A stretch of 64,000 nucleotides of DNA from Candidatus Velesiimonas alkalicola (GTDB lineage: Bacteria; Omnitrophota; Gorgyraeia; Velesiimonadales; Velesiimonadaceae): contig NDHX01000002.1 of NCBI GenBank assembly GCA_013626165.1, positions 639-64,638 on the forward strand, in the 5' to 3' direction. This document shows positions 28,265 through 37,886 of this stretch, piece by piece. Made by a program: the position numbers and the translations under genes. Positions within the stretch are counted from its first letter, which is position 1. Each line of letters starts with the position of its first letter. The notes under the pieces are model-generated. The model did not search any database, had not been told where the DNA came from, and was given only the letters and a program-made list of their open reading frames with translations.

Positions 28265-29785
28265 ATGAGGATAGCGGTTTATCCGATAGTTGTTATTGCT
28301 ATATCATTTTGTTTGGGAATTCTTTTAGGTTCATTCGCCTTCTTTAACTCTGCCCTGTATTTCGTCATTGCCCTTACACTTCTGGTTTTACTTTTCTTTC
28401 TATTAAACCTTTCTTTGCCTTTCACAATAGTTTTGATTTTTGCAAGTCTTTTTACAGGGGCATCTTCATATTCATTATGGAATGAAGAGATTAACAAACA
28501 GGTTGAATTTTTAAATAATTTTCAACATTCAACAGTCTCTGTAAGAGGCATTGTTGTAAGCAGGCCGGTTGTATCATACACACCTACTGGAAGAACAAGA
28601 TTTAGATATGTATTGAGGGTTCAACAGATTGAAAACCATACTGCAAACTGCAATATAATTGTCATTGCATATGGAGATAAGAATACGGTCTGTTATGGAG
28701 ATGAGATTCTTATAAAAGGAAGATTAGAAAAAAACACACGAAGATCTGATCGTATAAAATTTAACGCAGCATCAATATTCAAAGTAAGAGCAAGAAATGC
28801 AACCCATATTATAAATAAAGACAGGGGAAATAAGTTTGTGGCATTAACTCTTAGGCTTAAAAACAGGGCAGAATCTATTATAAAAGATATTATTCCGGAT
28901 CCTGTGTTTGGAAACCTTCAATCCCACACCTCATCCGCTCTTGTTTCTGCTCTTTTATTGGGAGACAGAATAAATATTCCTTCTTCTGTAGAGCTCGGAT
29001 TTTTCAGAACAGGTACCATACATATACTTTCGGTAAGCGGTCTTCATGTTGGTATAATTATATTTATACTTCTTTATTTTCTCTATATGGCAAGATGTCC
29101 AAAAAAAATTATCTGGATTGTTCTTATGGTTTTTCTGGTAGCATATTCAATACTTACAGGTTTAAAGCCGCCTGTTATTCGTGCCAGTATCATGGGGGTT
29201 ATATTTCTGATAGGACTTTCAATGGAGAGAGAAACATCTGTCTGGGTATCACTATGTACTGCACTTCTTATTATATTATATTTTTCTCCGTCACAGCTGT
29301 TTAACATTAGTTTTCAACTTTCATTTTTGTCTCTTGCGGGTGTTTTTATAGGAGCACATATTTTTAAGAAAGTATGGCGGTTTGATATAAAAAGTGTTTT
29401 TCAAAAAATTACATCTTATGTTACACAGTCTTTTTTTATATCTTCATTTGCCTGCCTTGCAACATTGCCCGTGATATCTATGTATTTTGGCATAATAACC
29501 CCTGTCGGTCTTATTGCAAACATTATCATAATCCCTCTGGCAAGTCTGTTTCTTGCAACAAGTATTGCCGCACTTTTTTTCAGCATATTTTCTAATTTTT
29601 TAGCAGGTGTATTAGGAGAAACAACTTCTATTCTTGCATTATTTATGTGTAAAATTGCAGAATTTCTTTCACATATTCCATTTGGTTACCTTATGTTTGA
29701 TTTTCCGGCTTGGGCAATAGTTATCTATTATCTGATATTTTTTCTTGTTGTATTTGTTGGTTATGTCAAAATGTGTAAAAAGTAG
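28265..29785 (+). CDS. comEC: ComEC/Rec2-family membrane protein (DUF4131 + competence domain, no metallo-beta-lactamase domain)
   Basis: Polytopic protein with the conserved GTIHILSVSGLHVG region. 506 aa. Confidence 0.75.
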   Translation: MRIAVYPIVVIAISFCLGILLGSFAFFNSALYFVIALTLLVLLFFLLNLSLPFTIVLIFASLFTGASSYSLWNEEINKQVEFLNNFQHSTVSVRGIVVSRPVVSYTPTGRTRFRYVLRVQQIENHTANCNIIVIAYGDKNTVCYGDEILIKGRLEKNTRRSDRIKFNAASIFKVRARNATHIINKDRGNKFVALTLRLKNRAESIIKDIIPDPVFGNLQSHTSSALVSALLLGDRINIPSSVELGFFRTGTIHILSVSGLHVGIIIFILLYFLYMARCPKKIIWIVLMVFLVAYSILTGLKPPVIRASIMGVIFLIGLSMERETSVWVSLCTALLIILYFSPSQLFNISFQLSFLSLAGVFIGAHIFKKVWRFDIKSVFQKITSYVTQSFFISSFACLATLPVISMYFGIITPVGLIANIIIIPLASLFLATSIAALFFSIFSNFLAGVLGETTSILALFMCKIAEFLSHIPFGYLMFDFPAWAIVIYYLIFFLVVFVGYVKMCKK

Positions 29786-29799
29786 AAAGAATACTTAAA

Positions 29800-30861
29800 A
29801 TGAAAATATGTATAATTGGTCTACCAGGTGCAGGTAAAAAGACATTGTTTCAGGCCCTTACAGAGTGTGAAATCAAGGATAAGGATATTTCAGCACCCCT
29901 GTTAAAAGGGACTGTAAGGGTTAATGACCCCAGGTTTGATGTGCTATTGGGCATATTAAATCCCAAAACAAGTGTCCGACCTGCCATAAAAATAGAACTC
30001 TTTCAAAACACAGAGGAAAGATTTTCATCCAATCCACAGACTATCAATGACATTGTCAAAAGCGACCTTATATGCTGTGTTATACGAACATTTAAAGACG
30101 ACTCTGTTTGTCATATAAAAGGTTCAATAGACCCCGGAAGAGACATAGAAATTATAAGATCAGAGTTTTTTTTAAGTGACCTTTTATTTATTGAAAAAAG
30201 ACTTGAAAGAATTGATAAGGATTTAAAAAAGATAAAAGACCAGACAGTTCAGCAAGAGAGAGCATTTCTTAATAAAATCAAGGGCCATCTTGAAAAATCC
30301 TTACTGCTTATAGACTGTAATTTTAATTCTCAGGAAAAAAAGATAATAGCCGGCTATCCGTTTCTTACTTTAAAGAAAATCATTTTTATCTTAAATGTAT
30401 CTGAACCGGATATAAAAAATACAAAGATTTTAGAAGCGATAAAGGGAACTTATATAGATTTTACAGGAATACAGATTTGCGCAAAAGTGGAATCCGAGAT
30501 TGCATTTCTTGAAGAGAAAGATAGGAAACAGTTTTTTGATGTTCTTGGCATACAAGAACCTGCCCTGCATCTTCTTACCCGCTTGTGCATGAAAGAATTG
30601 AATCTTATATCTTTTTTCACAATTAGAGAAGGTAAGGCAACGCAATGGCTGCTCCAAAAAGGCTCAACTGCTGTTGATGCCGCATCTTTAATACATACAA
30701 GTATGGGCAAAGGTTTTATAAGAGCAGAGGTTATAAAATATGATGATATTATAAGGCTTGGGACTGAACAAAAAGTCAAACAAGAAGGGAAGATGGACAG
30801 GGAAGGCAGGGAATACATTTTGGAAGACGGCGACATCCTGAACATCCATTTTAATGTATAA
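29800..30861 (+). CDS. YchF/Ola1-like P-loop GTPase with C-terminal TGS domain (divergent)
   Basis: P-loop GLPGAGKKTLF at the N-terminus and a C-terminal TGS-like region (FFTIREGKATQWLLQKGSTAVDAASLIHTSMGKGFIRAEVI). Confidence 0.7.
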   Translation: MKICIIGLPGAGKKTLFQALTECEIKDKDISAPLLKGTVRVNDPRFDVLLGILNPKTSVRPAIKIELFQNTEERFSSNPQTINDIVKSDLICCVIRTFKDDSVCHIKGSIDPGRDIEIIRSEFFLSDLLFIEKRLERIDKDLKKIKDQTVQQERAFLNKIKGHLEKSLLLIDCNFNSQEKKIIAGYPFLTLKKIIFILNVSEPDIKNTKILEAIKGTYIDFTGIQICAKVESEIAFLEEKDRKQFFDVLGIQEPALHLLTRLCMKELNLISFFTIREGKATQWLLQKGSTAVDAASLIHTSMGKGFIRAEVIKYDDIIRLGTEQKVKQEGKMDREGREYILEDGDILNIHFNV

Positions 30862-30913
30862 AGCCTAATAAACAGTGTAGATAAAGTGTCGAGGGTTCGA
30901 GGTGTTGAGGGTT

Positions 30914-30945
30914 CCCTGCCTGCGGTAGGCAAGGATTTTTGAATT
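30914..30945 (+). terminator. putative intrinsic terminator after the ychF-like gene
   Basis: Imperfect GC stem ccctgcc...ggcaagg followed by atttttgaatttt. Confidence 0.4.
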
Positions 30946-31015
30946 TTCTTTAGAGAGGAGGGTAAAAAATTGTGGGTAAGGTAGGTATTGAGCCGAATCT
31001 GCCTTTAAGTTCGGT

Positions 31016-31291
31016 ATGATGGCAAATAAAGGCTGGGGTGCATACATCCATAAAAACGGGATATTTATTAAAACATTTAAACATAAAGCAGATGCCCGGT
31101 ATCCTGATTATGGATGCTCCTTGGAAATCTATACAAACTCAAAGATGTTGGAACTTGAAACATTAGGTCCGCTTTTTAATTTAAAGCCCAACCAAACCAT
31201 ACAGCATACAGAAAATTGGTTTTTACTCCCCCTTAAATATTCTAATAAAATTATCTCTAACACTTTCTTTGACGATAGATTTTTAAAATAA
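31016..31291 (+). CDS. hypothetical small protein
   Basis: 91-aa ORF with no recognisable motifs. Included only because the region is otherwise empty. Confidence 0.25.
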   Translation: MMANKGWGAYIHKNGIFIKTFKHKADARYPDYGCSLEIYTNSKMLELETLGPLFNLKPNQTIQHTENWFLLPLKYSNKIISNTFFDDRFLK

Positions 31292-31294
31292 AAG

Positions 31295-31322
31295 TTGACA
31301 ACTTATAGAAAGTGTGTAGACT
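31295..31322 (+). promoter_or_regulatory. candidate sigma70 promoter for initiator tRNA (-35 TTGACA, ~16-nt spacer, -10 TAGACT)
   Basis: Perfect TTGACA hexamer, -10-like hexamer, TSS a few nt before tRNA position 1. Confidence 0.4.
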
Positions 31323-31333
31323 AATAATACTGA

Positions 31334-31410
31334 TGCGGGGTGGAGCAGTCAGGAAGCTCGTTGGGCTCATAACCCAAAGGTCGGCGGTTCAAATCCGTCC
31401 CCCGCTACCA
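31334..31410 (+). tRNA. tRNA-Met (CAU), initiator type (tRNA-fMet)
   Basis: 77 nt, near-identical to E. coli tRNA-fMet. Anticodon stem has three G-C pairs (GGG/CCC) around CUCAUAA. Positions 1 and 72 (U:U) are unpaired. 3' CCA is encoded. Confidence 0.9.
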
Positions 31411-31626
31411 TAAAAAGAGTAACCTTGCTCATCATATCCCCTGTATTTATTCACGCCTATGATATATTCAATAGTCTGATGTTGTTAGATTGAAAAAATT
31501 TTAATATCTACCCTGTTTAGAAATTTTTTATTTTTAACAGGGTTGACAAATTAAAAAATGATATAATAATTTCATTGTAACAGAAGAGCAATAATGGTTG
31601 CATCCGGGGCTTATTAGGTCTTAGTT

Positions 31627-33447
31627 ATGAAAATTTATTTTCGTCTTTTAAAATTTTTAAGACCACACCTTTTAATTTTTTCTTTCAGTATAATTTTTAT
31701 GTTTATATCAAGCCTGCTTGGAGGTGTGTCTTTGGGGATGATTATTCCCCTTTTTGATAAACTTCTTTATAACAGAGAAATAATAATTGGAAGGACTGTT
31801 CCACCTTATCTTCAAAACATTATAGACTGGATAAATACCTTGCATCCTATGCAGATATTGAATTTTCTTATTCCTGTTATTATATCGCTTTTTCTTTTTA
31901 AATATGCTACAACATTTTTATCCTCATATCTTACCTTTGGAACAAGCCAGAGGGTTGTCCAGGATATAAGGAACAGTTTATACGAGAAACTTCTCTGTTT
32001 TTCACTGGATTATTATGACAGAGCAAAAACAGGGACGATTGTTTCAAGGGTTACATATGATGTTTCAATAATACAGGATTTTATTTGCAGGGGAACTATG
32101 GATTTTATATATCAGAGTTTGCAACTTCTGGTATTTATAAGTATTGCATTTTTTATATCCCCCGAATATTCAATGTTTATAATAATTCTTATTCCATTTA
32201 TTATTATTCCCGTTCTGAAAGTGGGTAAAAAATTAAGAAAGATTGGATTTATAGTCCAGGAGAAGATGGCGGATGTAAACTCTGTTCTTTTTGAGACAGT
32301 ATCAGGAATAAGACTTGTCCAAGCATTTTCTATGGAAAAGATTGAGGCAGATAGGTTTAAAAAATACAACTATGGATTTTATAAAAATATTATGCGTGCT
32401 TTTAAAAGAACACAAATTATAGGGCCTGCAACCGAATTTATTGCTGTGGTCGGAACAGCCCTGTTTTTATGGTTTGGTGTTCGAGCAGTGATTAATCAAA
32501 ATATCTCTGCTGGTGTGTTTATACTTTTTATAGGGTCTATCCTTTCAATGGTGAAACCTGCCAAAAGGCTAACCGAGATATATGGTATTGCGCAAGTATC
32601 TGTTGCTGCTGCAAACAGGATATTTGAGGTTTTTGACCAGGTCCCAACCGTTAAAGAAAAAAATGTGACGATTGATTTAAAAAATATCTCAAAAAGTATA
32701 AAATTTGAAAATGTCCAATTTGCTTATGCCGACGGTGAATTAATTCTCAATGGTATAAACATTGATGTAGCAGTAGGTGAAACAGTTGCAATAGTAGGGC
32801 AAAGTGGTGTAGGTAAAACAACATTTGTCCATCTTATCCCGCGTTTTTATGATATTACAGGAGGAAGCATCAAGATAGATGATACTGATATAAGAGATTT
32901 TAAGATATCGGATTTAAGGTCAAAGATTGCAGTTGTAACACAGGAAACAATACTTTTTAATGATACGGTTTCGGTAAATATAGCTTTCGGAAAATCCGCC
33001 AGGATAGGCAGAGGCGTTGCAGGCGGGCAGGGCGCATCTATGGACGAGATTATAGATGCAGCAAAAAAAGCAAATGCACACTCCTTTATTTTAAGTCTTC
33101 CAAAAGGCTATGATACATTTGTCGGGGATAGGGGATATACCCTATCAGGTGGAGAAAGACAGAGGATTGCAATAGCAAGAGCAATACTTAAAAATGCGCC
33201 TATACTTATATTGGATGAGGCAACATCTCAACTTGATAGCTACCTTGAAAAACTTGTTCAGAATGCAATTCAAAATCTTATGCAGGGTAAAACTGTTTTT
33301 ATTATTGCACATCGTCTTTCTACCGTTCAGAATGCGGATAAAATAGTTATTCTTGAAAACGGAAATATTTCAGCAGTGGGAAGGCACGACCAGCTGATGG
33401 AATCTTCTGATTTATACAAAAGATTATACGAACTGCAATTTAAGTAA
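31627..33447 (+). CDS. ABC transporter permease/ATPase, MsbA-like lipid exporter
   Basis: Six TM helices, Walker A GQSGVGKTT, signature LSGGERQRIAIARA, Walker B ILILDEAT. Confidence 0.85.
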   Translation: MKIYFRLLKFLRPHLLIFSFSIIFMFISSLLGGVSLGMIIPLFDKLLYNREIIIGRTVPPYLQNIIDWINTLHPMQILNFLIPVIISLFLFKYATTFLSSYLTFGTSQRVVQDIRNSLYEKLLCFSLDYYDRAKTGTIVSRVTYDVSIIQDFICRGTMDFIYQSLQLLVFISIAFFISPEYSMFIIILIPFIIIPVLKVGKKLRKIGFIVQEKMADVNSVLFETVSGIRLVQAFSMEKIEADRFKKYNYGFYKNIMRAFKRTQIIGPATEFIAVVGTALFLWFGVRAVINQNISAGVFILFIGSILSMVKPAKRLTEIYGIAQVSVAAANRIFEVFDQVPTVKEKNVTIDLKNISKSIKFENVQFAYADGELILNGINIDVAVGETVAIVGQSGVGKTTFVHLIPRFYDITGGSIKIDDTDIRDFKISDLRSKIAVVTQETILFNDTVSVNIAFGKSARIGRGVAGGQGASMDEIIDAAKKANAHSFILSLPKGYDTFVGDRGYTLSGGERQRIAIARAILKNAPILILDEATSQLDSYLEKLVQNAIQNLMQGKTVFIIAHRLSTVQNADKIVILENGNISAVGRHDQLMESSDLYKRLYELQFK

Positions 33448-33499
33448 ATGCACATTGCATTTTTCTTGACATATTATGTAAAAGTAATACAATGTAAAC

Positions 33500-33682
33500 A
33501 TGATAAAATATGAAGATGAAGTTTTGAGAAATTTTAAAAAAGGTAAAATTTCCAAAGATGTATTTCAACTGTTTAACGATGCTTTTATTGCGTTAGAGAT
33601 AACCGGCAATATGAATTTGTTTGATGTAAAAAGATTAAGATCAAATCAAAACAGAATTTACTACAGACTAAGAAAAAAATAA
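33500..33682 (+). CDS. small protein, possibly a truncated RelE/ParE-like toxin
   Basis: 60 aa. The C-terminal ...KRLRSNQNRIYYRLR weakly resembles the RelE KLKG...YRIRVGDYR region but stops before the conserved tail. Confidence 0.25.
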   Translation: MIKYEDEVLRNFKKGKISKDVFQLFNDAFIALEITGNMNLFDVKRLRSNQNRIYYRLRKK

Positions 33683-33760
33683 ATACAGGGCTATATTCTA
33701 TACGGAAAAAAATGATTACTATGTAATAAGCATCGCAAAAAGAGAGGAGGTTTATAGAAA

Positions 33761-33979
33761 ATGGGAATAATATCTGTTAGGTTTAATGAACGGGAGGAAA
33801 AAATTTTGAAACGATTGGGGAGGTATTATGCTCAGGACTGTTCAAAGATTTTAAAAAAATCATTACTGGGAATGTACGAAGATTTAAAAGACAGGACAGC
33901 GATTAAAACATTTGAAACAAAGGAAAAGGACAGGAAAGTAAGGTTTTATACAGCAGAAGAAATTTTAAAAACAGCATAA
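33761..33979 (+). CDS. ribbon-helix-helix (CopG/RHH-like) small DNA-binding protein
   Basis: GIISVRFNEREEKILKRL matches the RHH beta-strand-plus-helix pattern. RBS agaggagg upstream. Confidence 0.4.
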   Translation: MGIISVRFNEREEKILKRLGRYYAQDCSKILKKSLLGMYEDLKDRTAIKTFETKEKDRKVRFYTAEEILKTA

Positions 33980-34027
33980 GGAAGAGGAATAATATGCCAC
34001 CAATGAGCGGATGAAAATAAAGTTTCA

Positions 34028-35326
34028 ATGACAATATCAGAAAAAATACTTGCAAAACACAGCGGGAAAAAATATGTTAAACCGGGAGAACTGATACTTG
34101 CGAGGGTTGATTTCTGTTTAGGCAATGATGTAACGGCACCTGTTGCAATAAATGAGTTTTATCATATAGGTTCAAAAAAGGTTTTTAACACAAATAAAAT
34201 TGCTCTTGTCCCGGACCATTTCACACCCAATAAAGATATAAAAAGTGCTACGCAGACAAAGATTATAAGAGAGTTTGCTAAAACACAAAAGATTAGATAT
34301 TACTTTGAGGTGGGCAGAATGGGTGTTGAACATGCACTTCTTCCAGAACTTGCACTTGTTGGACCCGGTATGCTTGTTGTAGGAGCAGACTCACATACCT
34401 GCACATATGGTGCGATGGGATGTTTTTCAACAGGTGTTGGCTCAACAGATCTTGCCTGTGCAATGATATTAGGAAAGGTGTGGCTAAAAGTCCCACAGCA
34501 AATAAAATTTATTTGTAAAGGAAGATTCAAAAAATGGGTTGGTGGGAAAGACCTGATATTAAGTATAATCGGTGACATAGGAGTAGATGGTGCATTAGAC
34601 CGTTCTATGGAGTTTGAAGGCAGCGCAATAGAAATCCTTCCGATAGAAGAAAGGCTTGCAATGTGTAACATGGCAGTTGAGGCGGGTGCACAAAATGGGA
34701 TTATAGCACCCGATGGCCTTACACAGAAATATTTAGAACAGGGACTAAAAAGAGCAAAACAGGATGGTTTTCCCGGCGATACTATGCGATATTTTAATTT
34801 TGATTTGAAAAGTGATGAGAATGCCATATATGAAAAAGTTCATCAGTACAATGTAGACAACCTTTTACCCCTTGTTGCACTTCCTCATTTACCAAGTAAT
34901 GTAAAACCTGCAAGAGAAATTAAAAATATGAAGATAGATCAGGTTATAATAGGTTCGTGCACAAACGGAAGAATTACAGATTTAAGAATAGCAGCAAAGA
35001 TACTGAAAGGGAAAAAGGTTCATAAAAATGTTCGTCTTATTGTAATTCCTGCAACACAATGGACATACAGACAGGCAAACAGAGAAGAACTTCTTGATAT
35101 ATTTGTAGACGCCGGCGGGGCTGTTTCAACTCCTACCTGTGGTCCTTGTTTAGGCGGACATATGGGAATACTTGCAGAAGGTGAAAGGGCAGTTGCAACA
35201 ACAAACAGGAATTTTGTAGGAAGGATGGGGCATCCCAAAAGCGAGGTAATACTTTCAGGTCCTGCAGTTGCTATCTCAAGTGCAATACTTGGAAGGGTTG
35301 CGGACCCTGAGGAAATAAAGAGATAG
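34028..35326 (+). CDS. leuC: 3-isopropylmalate/homoaconitate dehydratase large subunit (aconitase-family, archaeal-type LeuC/HacA)
   Basis: Aconitase-family Fe-S Cys ligands (GSCTNGR, TCGPCLG). ~430 aa. Confidence 0.85.
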   Translation: MTISEKILAKHSGKKYVKPGELILARVDFCLGNDVTAPVAINEFYHIGSKKVFNTNKIALVPDHFTPNKDIKSATQTKIIREFAKTQKIRYYFEVGRMGVEHALLPELALVGPGMLVVGADSHTCTYGAMGCFSTGVGSTDLACAMILGKVWLKVPQQIKFICKGRFKKWVGGKDLILSIIGDIGVDGALDRSMEFEGSAIEILPIEERLAMCNMAVEAGAQNGIIAPDGLTQKYLEQGLKRAKQDGFPGDTMRYFNFDLKSDENAIYEKVHQYNVDNLLPLVALPHLPSNVKPAREIKNMKIDQVIIGSCTNGRITDLRIAAKILKGKKVHKNVRLIVIPATQWTYRQANREELLDIFVDAGGAVSTPTCGPCLGGHMGILAEGERAVATTNRNFVGRMGHPKSEVILSGPAVAISSAILGRVADPEEIKR

Positions 35327-35342
35327 TCTTAGAGGAAGGGAA

Positions 35343-36341
35343 TTGAAAAAATATAATGTTGCTGTTATAGGGGTTGGGGCTGTTGGCATAGAAACGATAA
35401 GGGTTTTAAGACAGAGGAATTTCCCGACAGAAAAACTTGTTGTAATGGCAAGAAGACAGAGAACAATAGAGGTTGACGGACACAAATATGATGTTATAGA
35501 AACCACACCAGATGCTTTTAAGGGGATGGAGATAGTATTTTTTGCAGGAACAGAAGGTGAAAAAGGCGCAGCAGTAATATTTGCAAAGCCCGCCATCCAG
35601 TGTGGGGCAGTTGTTATAGACAACGGTGCTGATTTCAGGATGGAAGATAGTGTTCCTCTTATTATTCCTGAGGTCAACCCGGAAGATATAAAAACTCATA
35701 AGGGAATAATTGCAAATCCAAACTGTTCTACCATACAGATGGTTGTTGCAATAAATCCAATACATAGGGCCGCAGGAGTAAAAAGGATTGTTGTAACCAC
35801 ATTTCAATCAGCATCAGGAGCAGGCAGGAAGGCAATAGAGGATTTAAAAAAACAATCTGAAGAACTTCTTTTGAAAAACAAGATTTTATCTGATGGAGGG
35901 TCATTTGCTCATCCGCTTGCATTTAATGTTATCCCTCAGATAGGCAGTTTTACCAAGCTTGATTATACGACAGAAGAATGGAAGATTGTAAAAGAAACAA
36001 GAAAGATTATGCATGAGCCCAATATGTTTATAAATGCAACAGCCATAAGGGTTCCAGTATTTAATGCTCATTCTGAATCAGTCTATTTTGAAACGAAAGA
36101 CAATATAACCCTTGAACAGATAAGAAAGATTTTATCAAAATCAGAAGGGATTGTTCTTCTTGATGAGCCTTCCACAGGCACATATCCTATGCCTGTAAAT
36201 GTAACAGGCAAAGACCCTGTTTATGTCGGAAGGATGAGGAAAGACCCTGATGTAAAGAATGCGTTTGTAATGTGGGTTGTTGCAGACAACTTAAGAAAAG
36301 GAGCGGCAACAAACGCAATCCAGATAGCAGAAAAATTATAG
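35343..36341 (+). CDS. asd: aspartate-semialdehyde dehydrogenase
   Basis: Rossmann VAVIGVGAVG and active-site NPNCSTI. TTG start after RBS gaggaaggg. Confidence 0.9.
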   Translation: MKKYNVAVIGVGAVGIETIRVLRQRNFPTEKLVVMARRQRTIEVDGHKYDVIETTPDAFKGMEIVFFAGTEGEKGAAVIFAKPAIQCGAVVIDNGADFRMEDSVPLIIPEVNPEDIKTHKGIIANPNCSTIQMVVAINPIHRAAGVKRIVVTTFQSASGAGRKAIEDLKKQSEELLLKNKILSDGGSFAHPLAFNVIPQIGSFTKLDYTTEEWKIVKETRKIMHEPNMFINATAIRVPVFNAHSESVYFETKDNITLEQIRKILSKSEGIVLLDEPSTGTYPMPVNVTGKDPVYVGRMRKDPDVKNAFVMWVVADNLRKGAATNAIQIAEKL

Positions 36342-36488
36342 AAAGGGAAATATCACATAGAAAATTTAAAAACCAGACGACCCACTATTGTGGATGCCCC
36401 GAAATCAAATTCCAAGAACCAAGATACAAATGATGTTTGCCATTTGATATTTGTCATTTGACATTTCTTTATTTTATAGAGGGGATAT

Positions 36489-37085
36489 ATGGAATTTTTT
36501 GTCAGGTTGTTTTTTTTATTTTTAAGTGCTATACTTGTAAATAATTTTGTTCTTTCCCGTTTCTTGGGGCTTTGTTCTTTTATCGGTGTATCAAGAAAGA
36601 CAGAAGTTGCACTTGGGATGGGCGCTGCTGTTATATTTGTTATAACAATAGCATCCATTATTACCTGGCCTGTATATAACTTTGTTCTTGTCCCCGCGCA
36701 CCTTGAGTTTCTGAATATTTTAACGTTTATACTTGTTATAGCCTCCTTCGTTCAGCTTGTGGAGATGTTTATTAAGAAGTTTTACCCGCCCCTGTACAAG
36801 TCGCTCGGAATATATCTTCCGCTTATCACTGTTAACTGTATTGTGCTTTTTGTTGCATTGTTGAATGTTCAACAGGAACTTACATTTGTAGAAAGTGTGT
36901 TTCAGAGTATTGGTGCGGGTGTCGGTTATGCACTGGCAATTGTTCTTCTTACAACAATAAGAGAGAGGTTGGAACTTGTAGATATTCCTGAGTCTTTAAA
37001 AGGAGCGCCGATTGCCTTTATTATTGCAGGACTGATGGCGCTTGCATTTCAGGGATTTCAGGGTTTGATTCCAATTACAAGATAA
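36489..37085 (+). CDS. rnfA: RnfA/NqrE-family membrane subunit (Rnf electron-transport complex subunit A-like)
   Basis: LVNNFVLSRFLGLCSFIGVS...GIYLPLITVNCIVL is very close to the RnfA consensus. ~198 aa. Confidence 0.75.
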   Translation: MEFFVRLFFLFLSAILVNNFVLSRFLGLCSFIGVSRKTEVALGMGAAVIFVITIASIITWPVYNFVLVPAHLEFLNILTFILVIASFVQLVEMFIKKFYPPLYKSLGIYLPLITVNCIVLFVALLNVQQELTFVESVFQSIGAGVGYALAIVLLTTIRERLELVDIPESLKGAPIAFIIAGLMALAFQGFQGLIPITR

Positions 37086-37171
37086 AAATTCGCTTACGCT
37101 TTAGACGCACTATCTTCTACCTGTCTACCCCTTAGACAAGTTAAGGGCAGATAAAATACAGGGGGTTAAAA

Positions 37172-37795
37172 ATGTTAAGGATATTTAGAAAATATTTTAT
37201 AACAGGGCTTGTAGTTATACTTCCAGTTATTATCACATTCTGGATTATACGAATCGTTTTTCTTTTTTTTGACGGGATTTTGGGTAAATATATAAGGATT
37301 TTATTTGAAAAAAGACATTACGAAGCTTATATTCCTGGCACAGGGCTTCTTCTTTCAATTCTAATAGTTTTTTTAATTGGTTTTGTGGTTCACAAAATAC
37401 TTGGTAAAAAATTTGTATCCTGGGTTGAAAGATGGTTTTCAAATCTTCCAGGCGTCAAACACATATATTCACCCACAAAACAGGTAGTAGATTTTCTTTT
37501 CGTAAAACATAGGGCAAGTCTCAAAAAAGTGGTGCTTGTTGAGTATCCGAGAAAAGGGATTTATTCAATAGGCTTTCTTTCCTGTGATCATGCCCCAACA
37601 TCTTCAAAAGTGGTAGGTGAGGATATTGTGGGGATTCTTGTCCCCAGCACTCCAAACCCACTGACTGCATATTTTATGTTTGTCCCAAGAAGCACCCTTA
37701 TATTCCCTGAAATGAGTGTAGAAGAGGCTCTAAATTTTATTATCTCAGGTGGCATTGCTTCAAACAGTAAATCTTCAGAAGAACCTGTTGCATAA
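37172..37795 (+). CDS. DUF502-family membrane protein
   Basis: N-terminal TM helices and the conserved TGLVVILPVIIT start typical of DUF502. Confidence 0.6.
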   Translation: MLRIFRKYFITGLVVILPVIITFWIIRIVFLFFDGILGKYIRILFEKRHYEAYIPGTGLLLSILIVFLIGFVVHKILGKKFVSWVERWFSNLPGVKHIYSPTKQVVDFLFVKHRASLKKVVLVEYPRKGIYSIGFLSCDHAPTSSKVVGEDIVGILVPSTPNPLTAYFMFVPRSTLIFPEMSVEEALNFIISGGIASNSKSSEEPVA

Positions 37796-37886
37796 CTTGC
37801 CCATTCAAAAAGGTGCTTAAAGTTAAGAACCGAAGATGCGAAACCTCACGGGATTGCGCAAGGGACTTTAAAGGTAAATATTAAAA

